DNA of 64,000 nt from Coriobacteriales bacterium (GCA_051876075.1 JBJEHM010000023.1:6114-70113), one strand, 5' to 3'. Shown: positions 1-9,228, counted from the stretch's first letter. Translations and numbers: made by a program. Notes: generated by a model from the sequence alone, not told the origin.

Positions 1-1
1 C

Positions 2-448
2 TGCGACATGCCGGCGCTCACCCAAGACGTGATCGAGCTGGGTTTTGCGTACCTGCACCGCCTGTGCGATGAGGAACGCGGCGGCATCGTCTTGAGCCCG
101 GACCAGGAGATGGGCGTGAGCATCGTGGGCTGGACGCGGCAGACGCCCTTCGACCACAGCGGCGTCTACTACTGCGCCAACGGGCTCACCGTCCTGCCCG
201 CCTATATCGACAAGGCCCGCCGCCTGGGGTTGCCGGCCCACTACCTCCCGGCCATGCCCGACGTGGACACCTGGGCGGACCTGCGCCACAACATCACGCT
301 CATGCAGGCGATCGAGTACGCAGCGCGCTTCCAAGACGACCTGACTGTCCCGCACCGCACGCTTTCTGCGTTGGGTGAGCTGGGGCTGGTGGACGTGCGC
401 GTCATGCCCAACGACCTTTTCGACCCGCGTGACGAGATAGACCGCTAG
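2..448 (+). CDS. DUF2064/TIGR04282-like GT-A fold (nucleotidyl/glycosyl)transferase, 5'-truncated by window edge
   Basis: Frame is open from base 2 (C-D-M-P-A-L). It contains 'IVLSPDQEMGVSIVGW' and 'LPAMPDVDTWADL', resembling the family's LGPxxDGG and DxDTxxDL motifs. Confidence 0.6.
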   Translation, partial: CDMPALTQDVIELGFAYLHRLCDEERGGIVLSPDQEMGVSIVGWTRQTPFDHSGVYYCANGLTVLPAYIDKARRLGLPAHYLPAMPDVDTWADLRHNITLMQAIEYAARFQDDLTVPHRTLSALGELGLVDVRVMPNDLFDPRDEIDR

Positions 449-470
449 CTTTCGTCCGCACCGCAAAGAA

Positions 471-504
471 GAGGGGGCGGGTGCTGCGCTGCACCCGCCC
501 CCTC
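471..504. terminator. Bidirectional GC-rich hairpin between convergent genes
   Basis: Perfect 14-bp inverted repeat GAGGGGGCGGGTGC / GCACCCGCCCCCTC with 6-nt loop. Confidence 0.75.
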
Positions 505-528
505 TCGGCATTCCTGCGTCTATGCCGC

Positions 529-918
529 TTACTTGTAGCCCAGCTCCGCGGCGTTGGTGGCGTTGGGACCCCAGTCCTGGTCGTTGGGGCGGGGCATCCA
601 GCCGCCGCCGAGCACGTGGACATGGAAGTGCGGGACGCTCTGACTGGCGTCCTCGCCCGTGTTGATCAGCAGGCGATAGCCGTTGTCGAGGCCCTTGATG
701 GCCGCGACCTCCTTCACGGCGGCAAAGACCTTGCCCAGAGTCTCTTCGGGGACGTTGTCTCCGATGTTGGCGTAGTGGTCCTTGGGGATGATCAGGGTGT
801 GGACGGGCATCAGCGGCTCCATGTCGTCGAAGGCGATGACGTGCTCGTTCTCGTATACGACCTTGGTGCCGATCTCATGTGCGCCGATCTTGCAGAAGAT
901 GCAGTCCTTGTCGATCAC
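529..918 (-). CDS. hinT: HIT (histidine triad) family nucleotide-binding protein
   Basis: N-terminal DCIFCKI, HFHVHVLGG triad, GTG start with GAGGAG RBS. Confidence 0.92.
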   Translation of the reverse strand: MIDKDCIFCKIGAHEIGTKVVYENEHVIAFDDMEPLMPVHTLIIPKDHYANIGDNVPEETLGKVFAAVKEVAAIKGLDNGYRLLINTGEDASQSVPHFHVHVLGGGWMPRPNDQDWGPNATNAAELGYK

Positions 919-971
919 GGTGTTCTCCTCACTCGCGTGTGCTGCAGGTGTGTGCTGAAAAGGGTAGCACC

Positions 972-1073
972 CTATCTCTTCAAGGAGCCGAAGATGCCTC
1001 GGATGAGCTGGCGACCGACCTCGCGCCCGATGGTGCTGGCCATGTTGCCCACTGCGCGCTCGGTGGGGGTCAT
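972..1073 (-). CDS. 33-aa small ORF resembling the C-terminal helix of YjgR/DUF853 ATPases (mini-protein or gene remnant)
   Basis: MTPTERAVGNMASTIGREVGRQLIRGIFGSLKR. GGAG lies 5 nt before the ATG and a TAGACT -10 candidate is at 1109-1114 on the minus strand. Confidence 0.5.
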   Translation of the reverse strand: MTPTERAVGNMASTIGREVGRQLIRGIFGSLKR

Positions 1074-1242
1074 GCGCGCTCCAATCGCAGAGTTGTCAAG
1101 ATGCCGTAAGTCTAGCGCAGGATGGCGAGAGGGGGTCTCTCGGCAGAGTGGGTTCAATTCCCCGCTGACTCCAGCGTGTTCAGATGGTAAAGTCTCGAGT
1201 CACCTGTAACCGTTTTGTTACTGAGTTTGAGTGAGGAAGACA

Positions 1243-2625
1243 ATGGATAACGAAAAGAAGCACTCCCGCGCGCTGTGGTCCAACAAGTGGGCCTTCGTGC
1301 TGGCTGGCGCAGGCTCCGCTGTGGGCCTGGGCAACATGTGGCGCTTCCCCTACCTGGATGCCAAGTACGGCGGAGGCACCTTCCTGCTGGTGTACCTGAT
1401 CTGCGTGTTCACCTTGGGCATCTCGCTGCTGCTGCAGGACATCGCCTTGGGTCGCAACGCCAAGAAGTCCGTTGTGGGCGTCTTCAGCCGCTACGGCAAG
1501 AAGTACAGCATCATCGGCATCCTGGCTGCGGCAGTCCCCTTCATCATCCTGCCCTACTACAGCATCATCGGTGGCTGGGTGGCCAAGTACGCCGCTGCCT
1601 ACATCACCTCCAACCCGGCTGCCATGGCAGACGGCGGCGGGTTCTTCACGGGCTTCATCGGAGGCGGCCTGGAGAGCTACCTGTGGATGATCCTCTTTGC
1701 CGCCATCGTGATGGCCATCATCTTCATGGGCGTCAAGGGTGGCATCGAGCGCATCAACCTGGTCCTCATGCCCCTGCTCATCCTCATGGCCGTCGGCATC
1801 GCCATCTTCACCATGACCATCCCCGGCGCTCTCGACGGCGTGAAGTACTTCTTCACCCCGGACTTCTCCAAGATGTCCCCGGAGCTCATCCTCGCCGCCA
1901 TCGGACAGTGCTTCTTCAGCCTGTCCATCGCCATGGCGATCATGGTCACCTACGGCTCCTATGTGAAGGACGACGAGTCCCTCACCAGCTCCACCACCCA
2001 GATCGTGGGCTTTGACCTCTTGGTCTCCATCCTCGCCGGCCTGATGATCGTCCCCGGTGCCTTTGCCGCCCTGGGCAGCGCAGAGGCTGTCGCCTCCAGC
2101 TCGGGCCCCGGCCTCATGTTCATCACCCTGCCCCAGGTCTTCGCCCACATGGGCGGGGCCGCGCAAGTCGTGGGCTTCCTGTTCTTCCTGCTGGCGCTCT
2201 TTGCAGCGGTCACCTCTGCCATCTCCATCGCAGAGGCCTGCGTGAGCATCGTGGCAGACGGCATGAAATGCTCCCGCACCAAGGCGGGTGTCATCATCAC
2301 CGTCTACACCCTGCTCATGGGCTGCTTCATCAACGCCGGCTACAACGTCTTGAGCTTCATCCAGCCGCTGGGCGAGGGTAGCTCGCTGCTCGACCTGGCA
2401 GACTTCCTGTCCAACACCGTTATGATGCCCGTGGTCTGCATCCTTACCTGCCTCTTCGTGGGCTTTGTGATGAAGCCCAAGACCCTGGTGGCAGAGGTGC
2501 GCAAGTCCGCCGAGTTCAAGCTGGCGGGTGCTTGGAGCGTGATGGTCAAGTACATCGCCCCCATCTTGGTCTTCGTGGTGCTGCTCGCCTATGTGGCGGC
2601 GACCTTCGGGTTCATATCGTTCTAG
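1243..2625 (+). CDS. Sodium-dependent transporter, NSS/SNF family (amino acid symporter)
   Basis: W..K..F.LA.AGSAVGLGNMWRFPY signature, GPGL.FITLP motif, many hydrophobic helices. ATG at 1243 follows GAGGAAG. Confidence 0.93.
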   Translation: MDNEKKHSRALWSNKWAFVLAGAGSAVGLGNMWRFPYLDAKYGGGTFLLVYLICVFTLGISLLLQDIALGRNAKKSVVGVFSRYGKKYSIIGILAAAVPFIILPYYSIIGGWVAKYAAAYITSNPAAMADGGGFFTGFIGGGLESYLWMILFAAIVMAIIFMGVKGGIERINLVLMPLLILMAVGIAIFTMTIPGALDGVKYFFTPDFSKMSPELILAAIGQCFFSLSIAMAIMVTYGSYVKDDESLTSSTTQIVGFDLLVSILAGLMIVPGAFAALGSAEAVASSSGPGLMFITLPQVFAHMGGAAQVVGFLFFLLALFAAVTSAISIAEACVSIVADGMKCSRTKAGVIITVYTLLMGCFINAGYNVLSFIQPLGEGSSLLDLADFLSNTVMMPVVCILTCLFVGFVMKPKTLVAEVRKSAEFKLAGAWSVMVKYIAPILVFVVLLAYVAATFGFISF

Positions 2626-2646
2626 CAAGCTGAAAGCTGTGCTCTG

Positions 2647-2685
2647 GCGGCCCGGTCCCTGCGCATGCGGGGCCGGGCCGCTTTG
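2647..2685 (+). terminator. Intrinsic terminator after NSS transporter
   Basis: 13-bp GC stem (2647-2659 / 2669-2681, one G-U pair) followed by TTTG. Confidence 0.7.
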
Positions 2686-2778
2686 CTGTGCGCAGGCGCG
2701 CACAAGCCTGATACAATGAAACGCTTGCATTCACCGGCTAGTAATTCCGCTGCCCTGTGGCGGCGCGAGAGGATCATC

Positions 2779-4197
2779 ATGGCAGAACAGAGCAACGAGC
2801 ACGGCAGCGATGCCCTCTGGGGCGGGCGCTTTGAGGACTCGCCCAGCGACTTCACGCAGATCTTCGGGGCGAGCCTCCCGGTTGACCAGCGCATGTGGGA
2901 GGCAGACATCGCCGGATCCAAGGCCCACAGCGCCATGCTGGGCCGTCAGGGCATTATCCCCCAGGAAGACGTTGAGGCCATCCACCGTGGGCTCGACGAG
3001 ATCGCCCGCCAGATCGAGGAGGGCGAGTTCGAGTTCGACATCAACGACGAGGACATCCACATGTCCATCGAGCGCAACCTCACGGAGGCCATCGGCCCTG
3101 CTGGCGGGCGCCTGCACACCGGGCGCAGCCGCAACGACCAGGTGGCGACCGACACCCACCTGCACTGCAAGCAGCTGAGCCAGGGCCTGATGTACCTGGT
3201 GCTCGACCTGCGTCGCGCGCTCTACGAGGCTGCTGTGGACAACTTCGGCGTGGTGATGCCGGGCTACACCCACATGCAGCGCGCCCAGCCGGTGCTCTTC
3301 AGCCACCACATGCTTGCCTACTACTGGATGTTCACCCGCGACTTCGACCGCCTCAAGGCCGCCATGGATGCCTGCGACGTGCTGCCTCTGGGCTCTGCCG
3401 CCCTGGCTGGCACCACCTACCCCCTCGACCGCTTCTACGTGGCCGAGCAGCTGGGCTTTGGCGCCGTGTACCCCAACAGCATGGACGCGGTGAGTGACCG
3501 CGACTTCCTGCTCGACCTGAGCTATGCCTGCTCTGTGGCGATGATGCACCTGAGCCGCCTGAGCGAGGAGCTCATCTACTGGAGCAGCGGCGAGTTCGGC
3601 TTCATCCGCCTGAGCGACGCCTACTCCACCGGCAGCAGCATCATGCCGCAGAAGAAGAACCCGGACTTCGCCGAGCTCATCCGCGGCAAGGTGGGCCGCG
3701 TCTACGGCGACCTCATCCAGCTCCTCACCACCCTCAAGGGTCTGCCGCTGTCCTACAACAAGGACATGCAGGAGGACAAAGAGGGCGTGTTCGACGCGGT
3801 CGACACCTTGAGCGACAGCCTCATCGTCATGGCGGGCATGATCCGCACCATGACGGTCAACGAAGACGCCATGCGCGCCGGTGCCCACGGGGGCTTCATG
3901 GCCGCAACAGACCTCGCAGACTATCTGGTGGGCAAGGGCATGCCCTTCCGCGACGCCCATGCCGTGGTGGGCCACCTGGTCTTGGAGTGCGAGAAGGCGG
4001 GCAAGACCCTGCAGGAGCTCAGCGCCGCAGAGCTGGCAGCTGCCAGCGAGCTCTTTGGCGAAGACGCGGTCAAGGCCGTGGACATCGACGAGGTGGTTTC
4101 CAAGCGCACCACCTACGGCGGCACCGGCCACGAGGCGGTCAAGGTGCAGCTGCAGGAGGCAGCGGAGCGCCTCCGCGCAGATGCGGCGCGCCTCTAA
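2779..4197 (+). CDS. argH: Argininosuccinate lyase
   Basis: LWGGRF N-terminus, LHTGRSRNDQVATD, GSSIMPQKKNPD signature. Confidence 0.97.
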   Translation: MAEQSNEHGSDALWGGRFEDSPSDFTQIFGASLPVDQRMWEADIAGSKAHSAMLGRQGIIPQEDVEAIHRGLDEIARQIEEGEFEFDINDEDIHMSIERNLTEAIGPAGGRLHTGRSRNDQVATDTHLHCKQLSQGLMYLVLDLRRALYEAAVDNFGVVMPGYTHMQRAQPVLFSHHMLAYYWMFTRDFDRLKAAMDACDVLPLGSAALAGTTYPLDRFYVAEQLGFGAVYPNSMDAVSDRDFLLDLSYACSVAMMHLSRLSEELIYWSSGEFGFIRLSDAYSTGSSIMPQKKNPDFAELIRGKVGRVYGDLIQLLTTLKGLPLSYNKDMQEDKEGVFDAVDTLSDSLIVMAGMIRTMTVNEDAMRAGAHGGFMAATDLADYLVGKGMPFRDAHAVVGHLVLECEKAGKTLQELSAAELAAASELFGEDAVKAVDIDEVVSKRTTYGGTGHEAVKVQLQEAAERLRADAARL

Positions 4198-4314
4198 CAT
4201 CAGATGGACGAGGCGGGCTCACCCCGCTTGATGAAGAAGAAGAGACAGCCTCCCGTGCGCCGTCGAAAGGCAGCGGGGGCTGTAGGACGCCCTTAAGAAA
4301 GGACGAGAAACGTT

Positions 4315-6807
4315 ATGAGAAAACCCGAGCTCCTTGCCCCTGCCGGCAACCGCGAGGCCTTCGAGGCTGCGCTCGCAGCCGGTGCAGACGCCGTCTACCT
4401 GGGTGCGGGGGAGGGCTTCAACGCCCGCTGCAACGCAGACAACTTTGCCCCGGAGGACCTCGAGGCAGCCTGCCGCGACGCCCACCTGAGGGGGCGCAAG
4501 GTCTACCTCACGGCCAACACCCTGGTCTACCCGGGCGAGATGGACCAGGCCCTGGGCGTGGTGTACGGCGCTGCAGAGGCCGGCATCGACGCCGCCATCA
4601 TCCAGGACGTGGGCCTGGCGCAGCGCCTGCGCGAAGAGCTGCCCCAGCTCGAGCTGCACACCTCCACCCAGATGAACATCCGCGATGCCAAGGGCATCGA
4701 GCTTGCGCGCAAGCTGGGCTTTGGCCGCGTGACCCTGGCCCGCGAGCTCTCCGTGGGGCAGATCGCCAAGCTGGCCCAGCTGGGCATGGACCTCGAGGTC
4801 TTCGTCCACGGCGCCCTGTGCATCTGCCAGAGCGGGCAGTGCCTTCTGAGCAGCCTCATCGGCGGCCGCAGCGCCAACAGGGGTGTGTGCGCTCAGCCCT
4901 GCCGCCTGCCCTACACCATCGTCAACGAGGACGGCAAGAAGCTCGCCGACCCCGGCGAGTACCTGCTCAGCCCCAAGGACCTCATGGGCATCGACTACCT
5001 GCCGCAGCTCATCGCTGCGGGCGTCGCCTCGCTCAAGATCGAGGGCCGCATGAAGTCCGCTGAGTACGTCTCGACCGCTGTGGGCACCTACCGCGCCGCC
5101 CTCGACCGCGCCTGGCTCGAGGAGGACGGATTCGAGGCCACGGCAGAGGAGAAGGCGGGGCTTTCCGAGGCGTTCTCGCGCGGGTTCACGCCGGCCTACC
5201 TTGTAGGAGAGCGCGGCAACGAGATGATGGGCTACAAGCGCCCCAACAACCGCGGCGTGCTGGTGGGCAGGGTCTCTGGCTTCCGCAACGGCATGGTGCA
5301 GGTGGAGGCGAGCGAGCAGCTGGAGGCCGGCGACCTGCTGGAGGTCTGGACCTCTAAGGGCCGCACCACCTACGAGGTGCAGCAGGCAGACGACCTGCGC
5401 CCCGGCAGCGTCGAGCTCTATATCCGCGGCGCGGTGAGCCCGGGAGACCGCCTCTTCCGCATCCGCAGCGCCGCCTTGGCGCGCGAGTGCCGCGAGCGCA
5501 CGCAGGAGGGCCTGAAGACCGTGGCCCTGCGCGCGTCTGTGACCGCCGTGAAGGGCCAGCCCCTGATGGTCGTGGTCAGCGACGACAAGGGCAACCACGG
5601 CCAGGCAGAGGGCGCCGTCGTGGAGGAGGCGCGCAGCATCGCCATCACAGAAGACGACGTCATGGAGCACGTCAACCGCCTGGGCGGCACCCCCTACCGC
5701 ATCATCGAGTGGGACATACAGCTCGACGAAGGCGTGGGCATGGGTTTTTCCGCCCTGCACAAGTGCCGCGCTGCCGCCATCGCCGCCTACGAGGAAGCCG
5801 TGCTCGACCTGGCAGCCCACGAGTCGCGCGAGAGGGGCCTGGCCTGCGGCACGCTCGACACCTCCTCTGTGCCCCAGCTCGCAGACAAGATGAGCGCCTT
5901 CGTCACCCGCATCAACTTCAACGAGACCACCAGCGTCGCCCAGACGATGAGCGAGCTCGAGCCGGGCAAGGCCACGGGCCCCAAGCTCTACGCCACCAAT
6001 CCAGACGCCCTGCGCGTGTGGGCGGCCCTGGGCGCTGACTTTGCCTGGATCAGCCCCGAGCTCACCTTGGCCCAGATCAAGCAGCTGGCAGACGAGAGCC
6101 CGCTGCCGCTGGGCGTGGTGGTCCACGGCAGGCAGGAGCTCATGGTCTCTGACCACTGCTTCCTCATGGCAGAGGGCCCCTGCGACGGCAAGTGTGCCAA
6201 ATGTAAGCGCCGCAAGGGCGCCCCGCGCTACTACAAGGACCGCAAGGGCTACCTCTTCCCGATTACGGCGGACGTCTTCGGCCGCGGCCACCTCTACAAC
6301 GCCGTCAAGCTCGACATCTCTCATGCCATCGGCGACCTGCGCCGCGCCGGCGTCACGGGCTTTGCCGTGGACATAACCCTGCTCGAAGAGAACGAGGGCG
6401 AGGAGCAGTTCTACCGCGCCCGCCGCGCCCTGCAGGGCAAGCCCGTGGAGAAGGAGGAGGGCTGCACCGCCGGTAACCTCTTCCGCAACCGCACCGGCGC
6501 CAAGAAGACGGTGAAGGAGAAGGAGGCCGAGCGCCGCGCCGCCAACCGCGAGCAGCGCTGGGGCAAGACCTTCGACGGCAACCGCATCGACAGCGAGGCC
6601 TCTACCAAGGCCGGCAGGGAGGCCCGCACCGAGTACGAGCTCCAGGAGGCCCGCAGCCAGGCCCGCGCCCAGCGCAAGGAGAAGGGCGGCGTTGCCGGCG
6701 CCAAGAACATACAGGCACGTGGGGACGCCGGCACCAAGCGCCGCGTAGTCCGCAAGGAGAACAGGGGCAAGTTCCCGCCCAGCGGCTCCCGCGGCGGCAA
6801 GCGCTAG
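4315..6807 (+). CDS. Peptidase U32 family protein with DUF3656-like domain (RlhA-type RNA hydroxylase) and basic C-terminal tail
   Basis: KPELLAPAG, GADAVYLG, HGALCICQSGQC...RGVCAQPCR Fe-S cysteines, KIEGRMKS, and a second degenerate U32 segment. Confidence 0.85.
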   Translation: MRKPELLAPAGNREAFEAALAAGADAVYLGAGEGFNARCNADNFAPEDLEAACRDAHLRGRKVYLTANTLVYPGEMDQALGVVYGAAEAGIDAAIIQDVGLAQRLREELPQLELHTSTQMNIRDAKGIELARKLGFGRVTLARELSVGQIAKLAQLGMDLEVFVHGALCICQSGQCLLSSLIGGRSANRGVCAQPCRLPYTIVNEDGKKLADPGEYLLSPKDLMGIDYLPQLIAAGVASLKIEGRMKSAEYVSTAVGTYRAALDRAWLEEDGFEATAEEKAGLSEAFSRGFTPAYLVGERGNEMMGYKRPNNRGVLVGRVSGFRNGMVQVEASEQLEAGDLLEVWTSKGRTTYEVQQADDLRPGSVELYIRGAVSPGDRLFRIRSAALARECRERTQEGLKTVALRASVTAVKGQPLMVVVSDDKGNHGQAEGAVVEEARSIAITEDDVMEHVNRLGGTPYRIIEWDIQLDEGVGMGFSALHKCRAAAIAAYEEAVLDLAAHESRERGLACGTLDTSSVPQLADKMSAFVTRINFNETTSVAQTMSELEPGKATGPKLYATNPDALRVWAALGADFAWISPELTLAQIKQLADESPLPLGVVVHGRQELMVSDHCFLMAEGPCDGKCAKCKRRKGAPRYYKDRKGYLFPITADVFGRGHLYNAVKLDISHAIGDLRRAGVTGFAVDITLLEENEGEEQFYRARRALQGKPVEKEEGCTAGNLFRNRTGAKKTVKEKEAERRAANREQRWGKTFDGNRIDSEASTKAGREARTEYELQEARSQARAQRKEKGGVAGAKNIQARGDAGTKRRVVRKENRGKFPPSGSRGGKR

Positions 6808-6853
6808 AGCCGGGCGCCCTAGCCGTTTTTCGACCTGCTAGCTCCCAGAAACA

Positions 6854-6891
6854 AAGGACGCCCCCGGCGCGTGGATGTCGGGGGCGTCCTT
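6854..6891. terminator. Bidirectional terminator between U32 gene and uraA
   Basis: AAGGACGCCCCCGGC / GTCGGGGGCGTCCTT inverted repeat between convergent genes. Confidence 0.75.
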
Positions 6892-6914
6892 GTGCTTGTG
6901 AGAGGGGAGGGCCG

Positions 6915-8456
6915 CTACTGCTGCTGAGCTTCCTTGGCCTTGCGCTCTGCGTTGACGAGCTCGGTTGCGGGGTCGTCTGCGCTGACGGGTGTGCCCAGGT
7001 CGTCCATCTGCTCGCGCAGGGCCTTGCTCGGGCCCTCGAGGGGGTTGGTGGGCTTGTCTTCGTCAACGGGCAGGATGGCGTTGAGGACGATGCCTGCCAG
7101 GGAGCCCACGGCCAGGCCGGAGAGGCTGATGACGACGCCGCCCACGGTGAAGGCGATGGAGCCGCCGGCGCTGTAGGCGATGCCCAGGGCCAGCACCAGG
7201 ATGATGGCTGCGATGAGGACGTTGCGGGTGTGGGAGAAATCGACGCGGGCCTCGACCAGGTTGCGCACGCCCACGGCAGAGATCATGCCGTAGAGCACCA
7301 TGGAGACGCCACCGATCACGCAGGTGGGCATGGCGCCGATGACTGCGGCGAACTTGGGGCAGAAGCTGAACACGATGGCAAAGCAGGCCGCCAAGCGCAC
7401 CACGCGCGGGTCGTAGACCTTGGTGAGGGCGAGCACGCCGGTGTTCTCGCCGTAGGTGGTGTTGGCCGGCGCGCCGAAGAGGCTCGCCAGGATGGTGGCC
7501 AGGCCGTCGCCCAGCAGGGTGCGGTGCAGGCCGGGGTTGGCGATGAAGTTGCGGTTGCAGGTGGAGCTGATGGCAGAGACGTCGCCGATGTGCTCGATCA
7601 TGGTGGCGAAGGCCAGCGGCATGATGGTGATGACGGCGGTGATCAGCAGGCCGGTGTCGCAGCCGTTGGCGAACAGCCCGAAGACGGTGTTGTCAAAGGC
7701 AACGGGCAGGCCGATCCACGGTGCGGTGGCGATGCCTTCGAGGGCAGAGACGCTCACGAGCTGCAGGTTGGGGTTGCCGAACATGCAGTAGGTTGCGGTG
7801 CCCGCGATGTCGACAACCTGGCTGCAGGTGGGGATGAGCAGCATGGCAGCGGCGTAGGAGACGAGCACGCCCATGAGGACGGGGATGATCTTGATCATGC
7901 CCTTGCCCCAGATGTTGCAGATGAAGATGATCACCACGGCCACAACTGCCATGAGCCAGTTGGCGGAGCAGTTGTTGATGGCGCTGGGCGCCAGGGTGAG
8001 GCCGATGGCGATGACGATGGGGCCGGTGACCAGCGGCGGGAAGAAGCGCATGACGCGCTCTGTGCCAAAGGCCTTGAAGCAGGCGCTGAGCACCAGGTAG
8101 AGCAGACCCGCGCATGCCACGCCAAAGCAGGCGTAGGGGAGGAGCTCTGCCTCCCCGTTGGGGGCGATGGCCGCGTAGCCCGCGATGAAGGCGAAGGAGC
8201 TGCCCAAGAAGGCGGGCACGCGTCCCTTGGCCAGGAAGTGGAAGAGCAGGGTGCCCAGGCCGGCGAAGAGCAGCGTTGCGCTCACAGAGAGGCCGGTGAG
8301 GATGGGCACCAGGATCGTGGCGCCAAACATCGCGAACATGTGCTGGAAGCCGAACACCACCATCTTGGGGGCGCCCAGCGTGCGCGCGTCGTAGATGGCC
8401 TCGGGGCTGTCTTCGGCACCCATGGTTGGAACGAGGGACTCTTCTTCCTTTGACAT
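6915..8456 (-). CDS. uraA: Uracil-xanthine permease (NCS2 family)
   Basis: GFQHMFAMFGATILVP, VPAFLGSSFAF, PANTTYGENTGVL motifs; divergent from upp. Confidence 0.92.
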   Translation of the reverse strand: MSKEEESLVPTMGAEDSPEAIYDARTLGAPKMVVFGFQHMFAMFGATILVPILTGLSVSATLLFAGLGTLLFHFLAKGRVPAFLGSSFAFIAGYAAIAPNGEAELLPYACFGVACAGLLYLVLSACFKAFGTERVMRFFPPLVTGPIVIAIGLTLAPSAINNCSANWLMAVVAVVIIFICNIWGKGMIKIIPVLMGVLVSYAAAMLLIPTCSQVVDIAGTATYCMFGNPNLQLVSVSALEGIATAPWIGLPVAFDNTVFGLFANGCDTGLLITAVITIMPLAFATMIEHIGDVSAISSTCNRNFIANPGLHRTLLGDGLATILASLFGAPANTTYGENTGVLALTKVYDPRVVRLAACFAIVFSFCPKFAAVIGAMPTCVIGGVSMVLYGMISAVGVRNLVEARVDFSHTRNVLIAAIILVLALGIAYSAGGSIAFTVGGVVISLSGLAVGSLAGIVLNAILPVDEDKPTNPLEGPSKALREQMDDLGTPVSADDPATELVNAERKAKEAQQQ

Positions 8457-8492
8457 CGCTTCTCCTCTTATGTGATTGGGGTTTCTTGGCAA

Positions 8493-8519
8493 AACCGCCG
8501 CAAGTATACTTGAGCGGTT
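8493..8519. promoter_or_regulatory. Overlapping divergent -10 elements for uraA and upp in a palindrome
   Basis: CAAGTATACTTG (8501-8512) is a perfect palindrome giving TATACT on both strands, flanked by AACCGC/GCGGTT. Confidence 0.5.
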
Positions 8520-8598
8520 AGGGCAATGGCGCTCCCTTCGCCGAAGAAGCACGATCCCGTCCGAAAAGGGAGCAGCCTCACAACAGGAAGGGTTCGCC

Positions 8599-9228
8599 AT
8601 GGGCCAGGTTCACGTTCTCGATCATCCCCTCATCACAGACAAACTCTCGCGCATGCGCCGCAAGGAGACCTCGTCGATGGACTTCCGCCATCAGCTCACA
8701 GAGATCTCCATGCTCATGGGCTACGAGGTCTTCCGCGACTTGGAGACCAAGATGGTCGAGGTCGAGACCCCCATCTGCACGGCGCAGTTCCCCATGCTCG
8801 AGGACGCGCCCATCACCATCGTCCCCATCCTGCGCGCCGGCCTGGGGCTGGTCGACGGCCTGCAGAGCCTGCTGCCCACCGCGCGCGTGGGGCACATCGG
8901 CATGTACCGCGACGAGGAGACCAAGCAGCCGGTCGAGTACTACTACAAGATGCCCGTGGGCATCGAGAAGGGAAAGGTCATCGTCGTCGACCCCATGCTC
9001 GCAACCGGGGGCAGCGCCGTCGACGCCATCAGCGCCCTCAAGAGCCGCGGCTGCAGCGACATCCGCCTCATGAACCTCGTTGCCGCACCCCAGGGCATCG
9101 AGGCCGTGCAGAAGGCCCACCCAGATGTCGACATTTACGTCGCGGCTGTTGACGAGTGTCTCAACGAAGACGCCTACATCGTCCCCGGCCTGGGAGACGC
9201 GGGGGACCGCATCTTCGGCACCAAGTAG
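8599..9228 (+). CDS. upp: Uracil phosphoribosyltransferase
   Basis: [31 protein letters not shown] loop, [17 protein letters not shown]. Confidence 0.97.
   Translation: MGQVHVLDHPLITDKLSRMRRKETSSMDFRHQLTEISMLMGYEVFRDLETKMVEVETPICTAQFPMLEDAPITIVPILRAGLGLVDGLQSLLPTARVGHIGMYRDEETKQPVEYYYKMPVGIEKGKVIVVDPMLATGGSAVDAISALKSRGCSDIRLMNLVAAPQGIEAVQKAHPDVDIYVAAVDECLNEDAYIVPGLGDAGDRIFGTK

Noticed and set aside
1147-1173. tRNA/tmRNA 3'-end-like string GAGTGGGTTCAATTCCCCGCTGACTCCA
   Set aside because: The T-stem does not pair properly, there is no D-arm, anticodon arm or acceptor partner, and it overlaps the -35 region of the transporter promoter
2716-2733. Possible ARG box upstream of argH (ATGAAACGCTTGCATTCA)
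   Set aside because: Half-site spacing does not fit the 14-bp TGAAT-N4-ATTCA / TGCAT-N4-ATGCA core; only one convincing half-site
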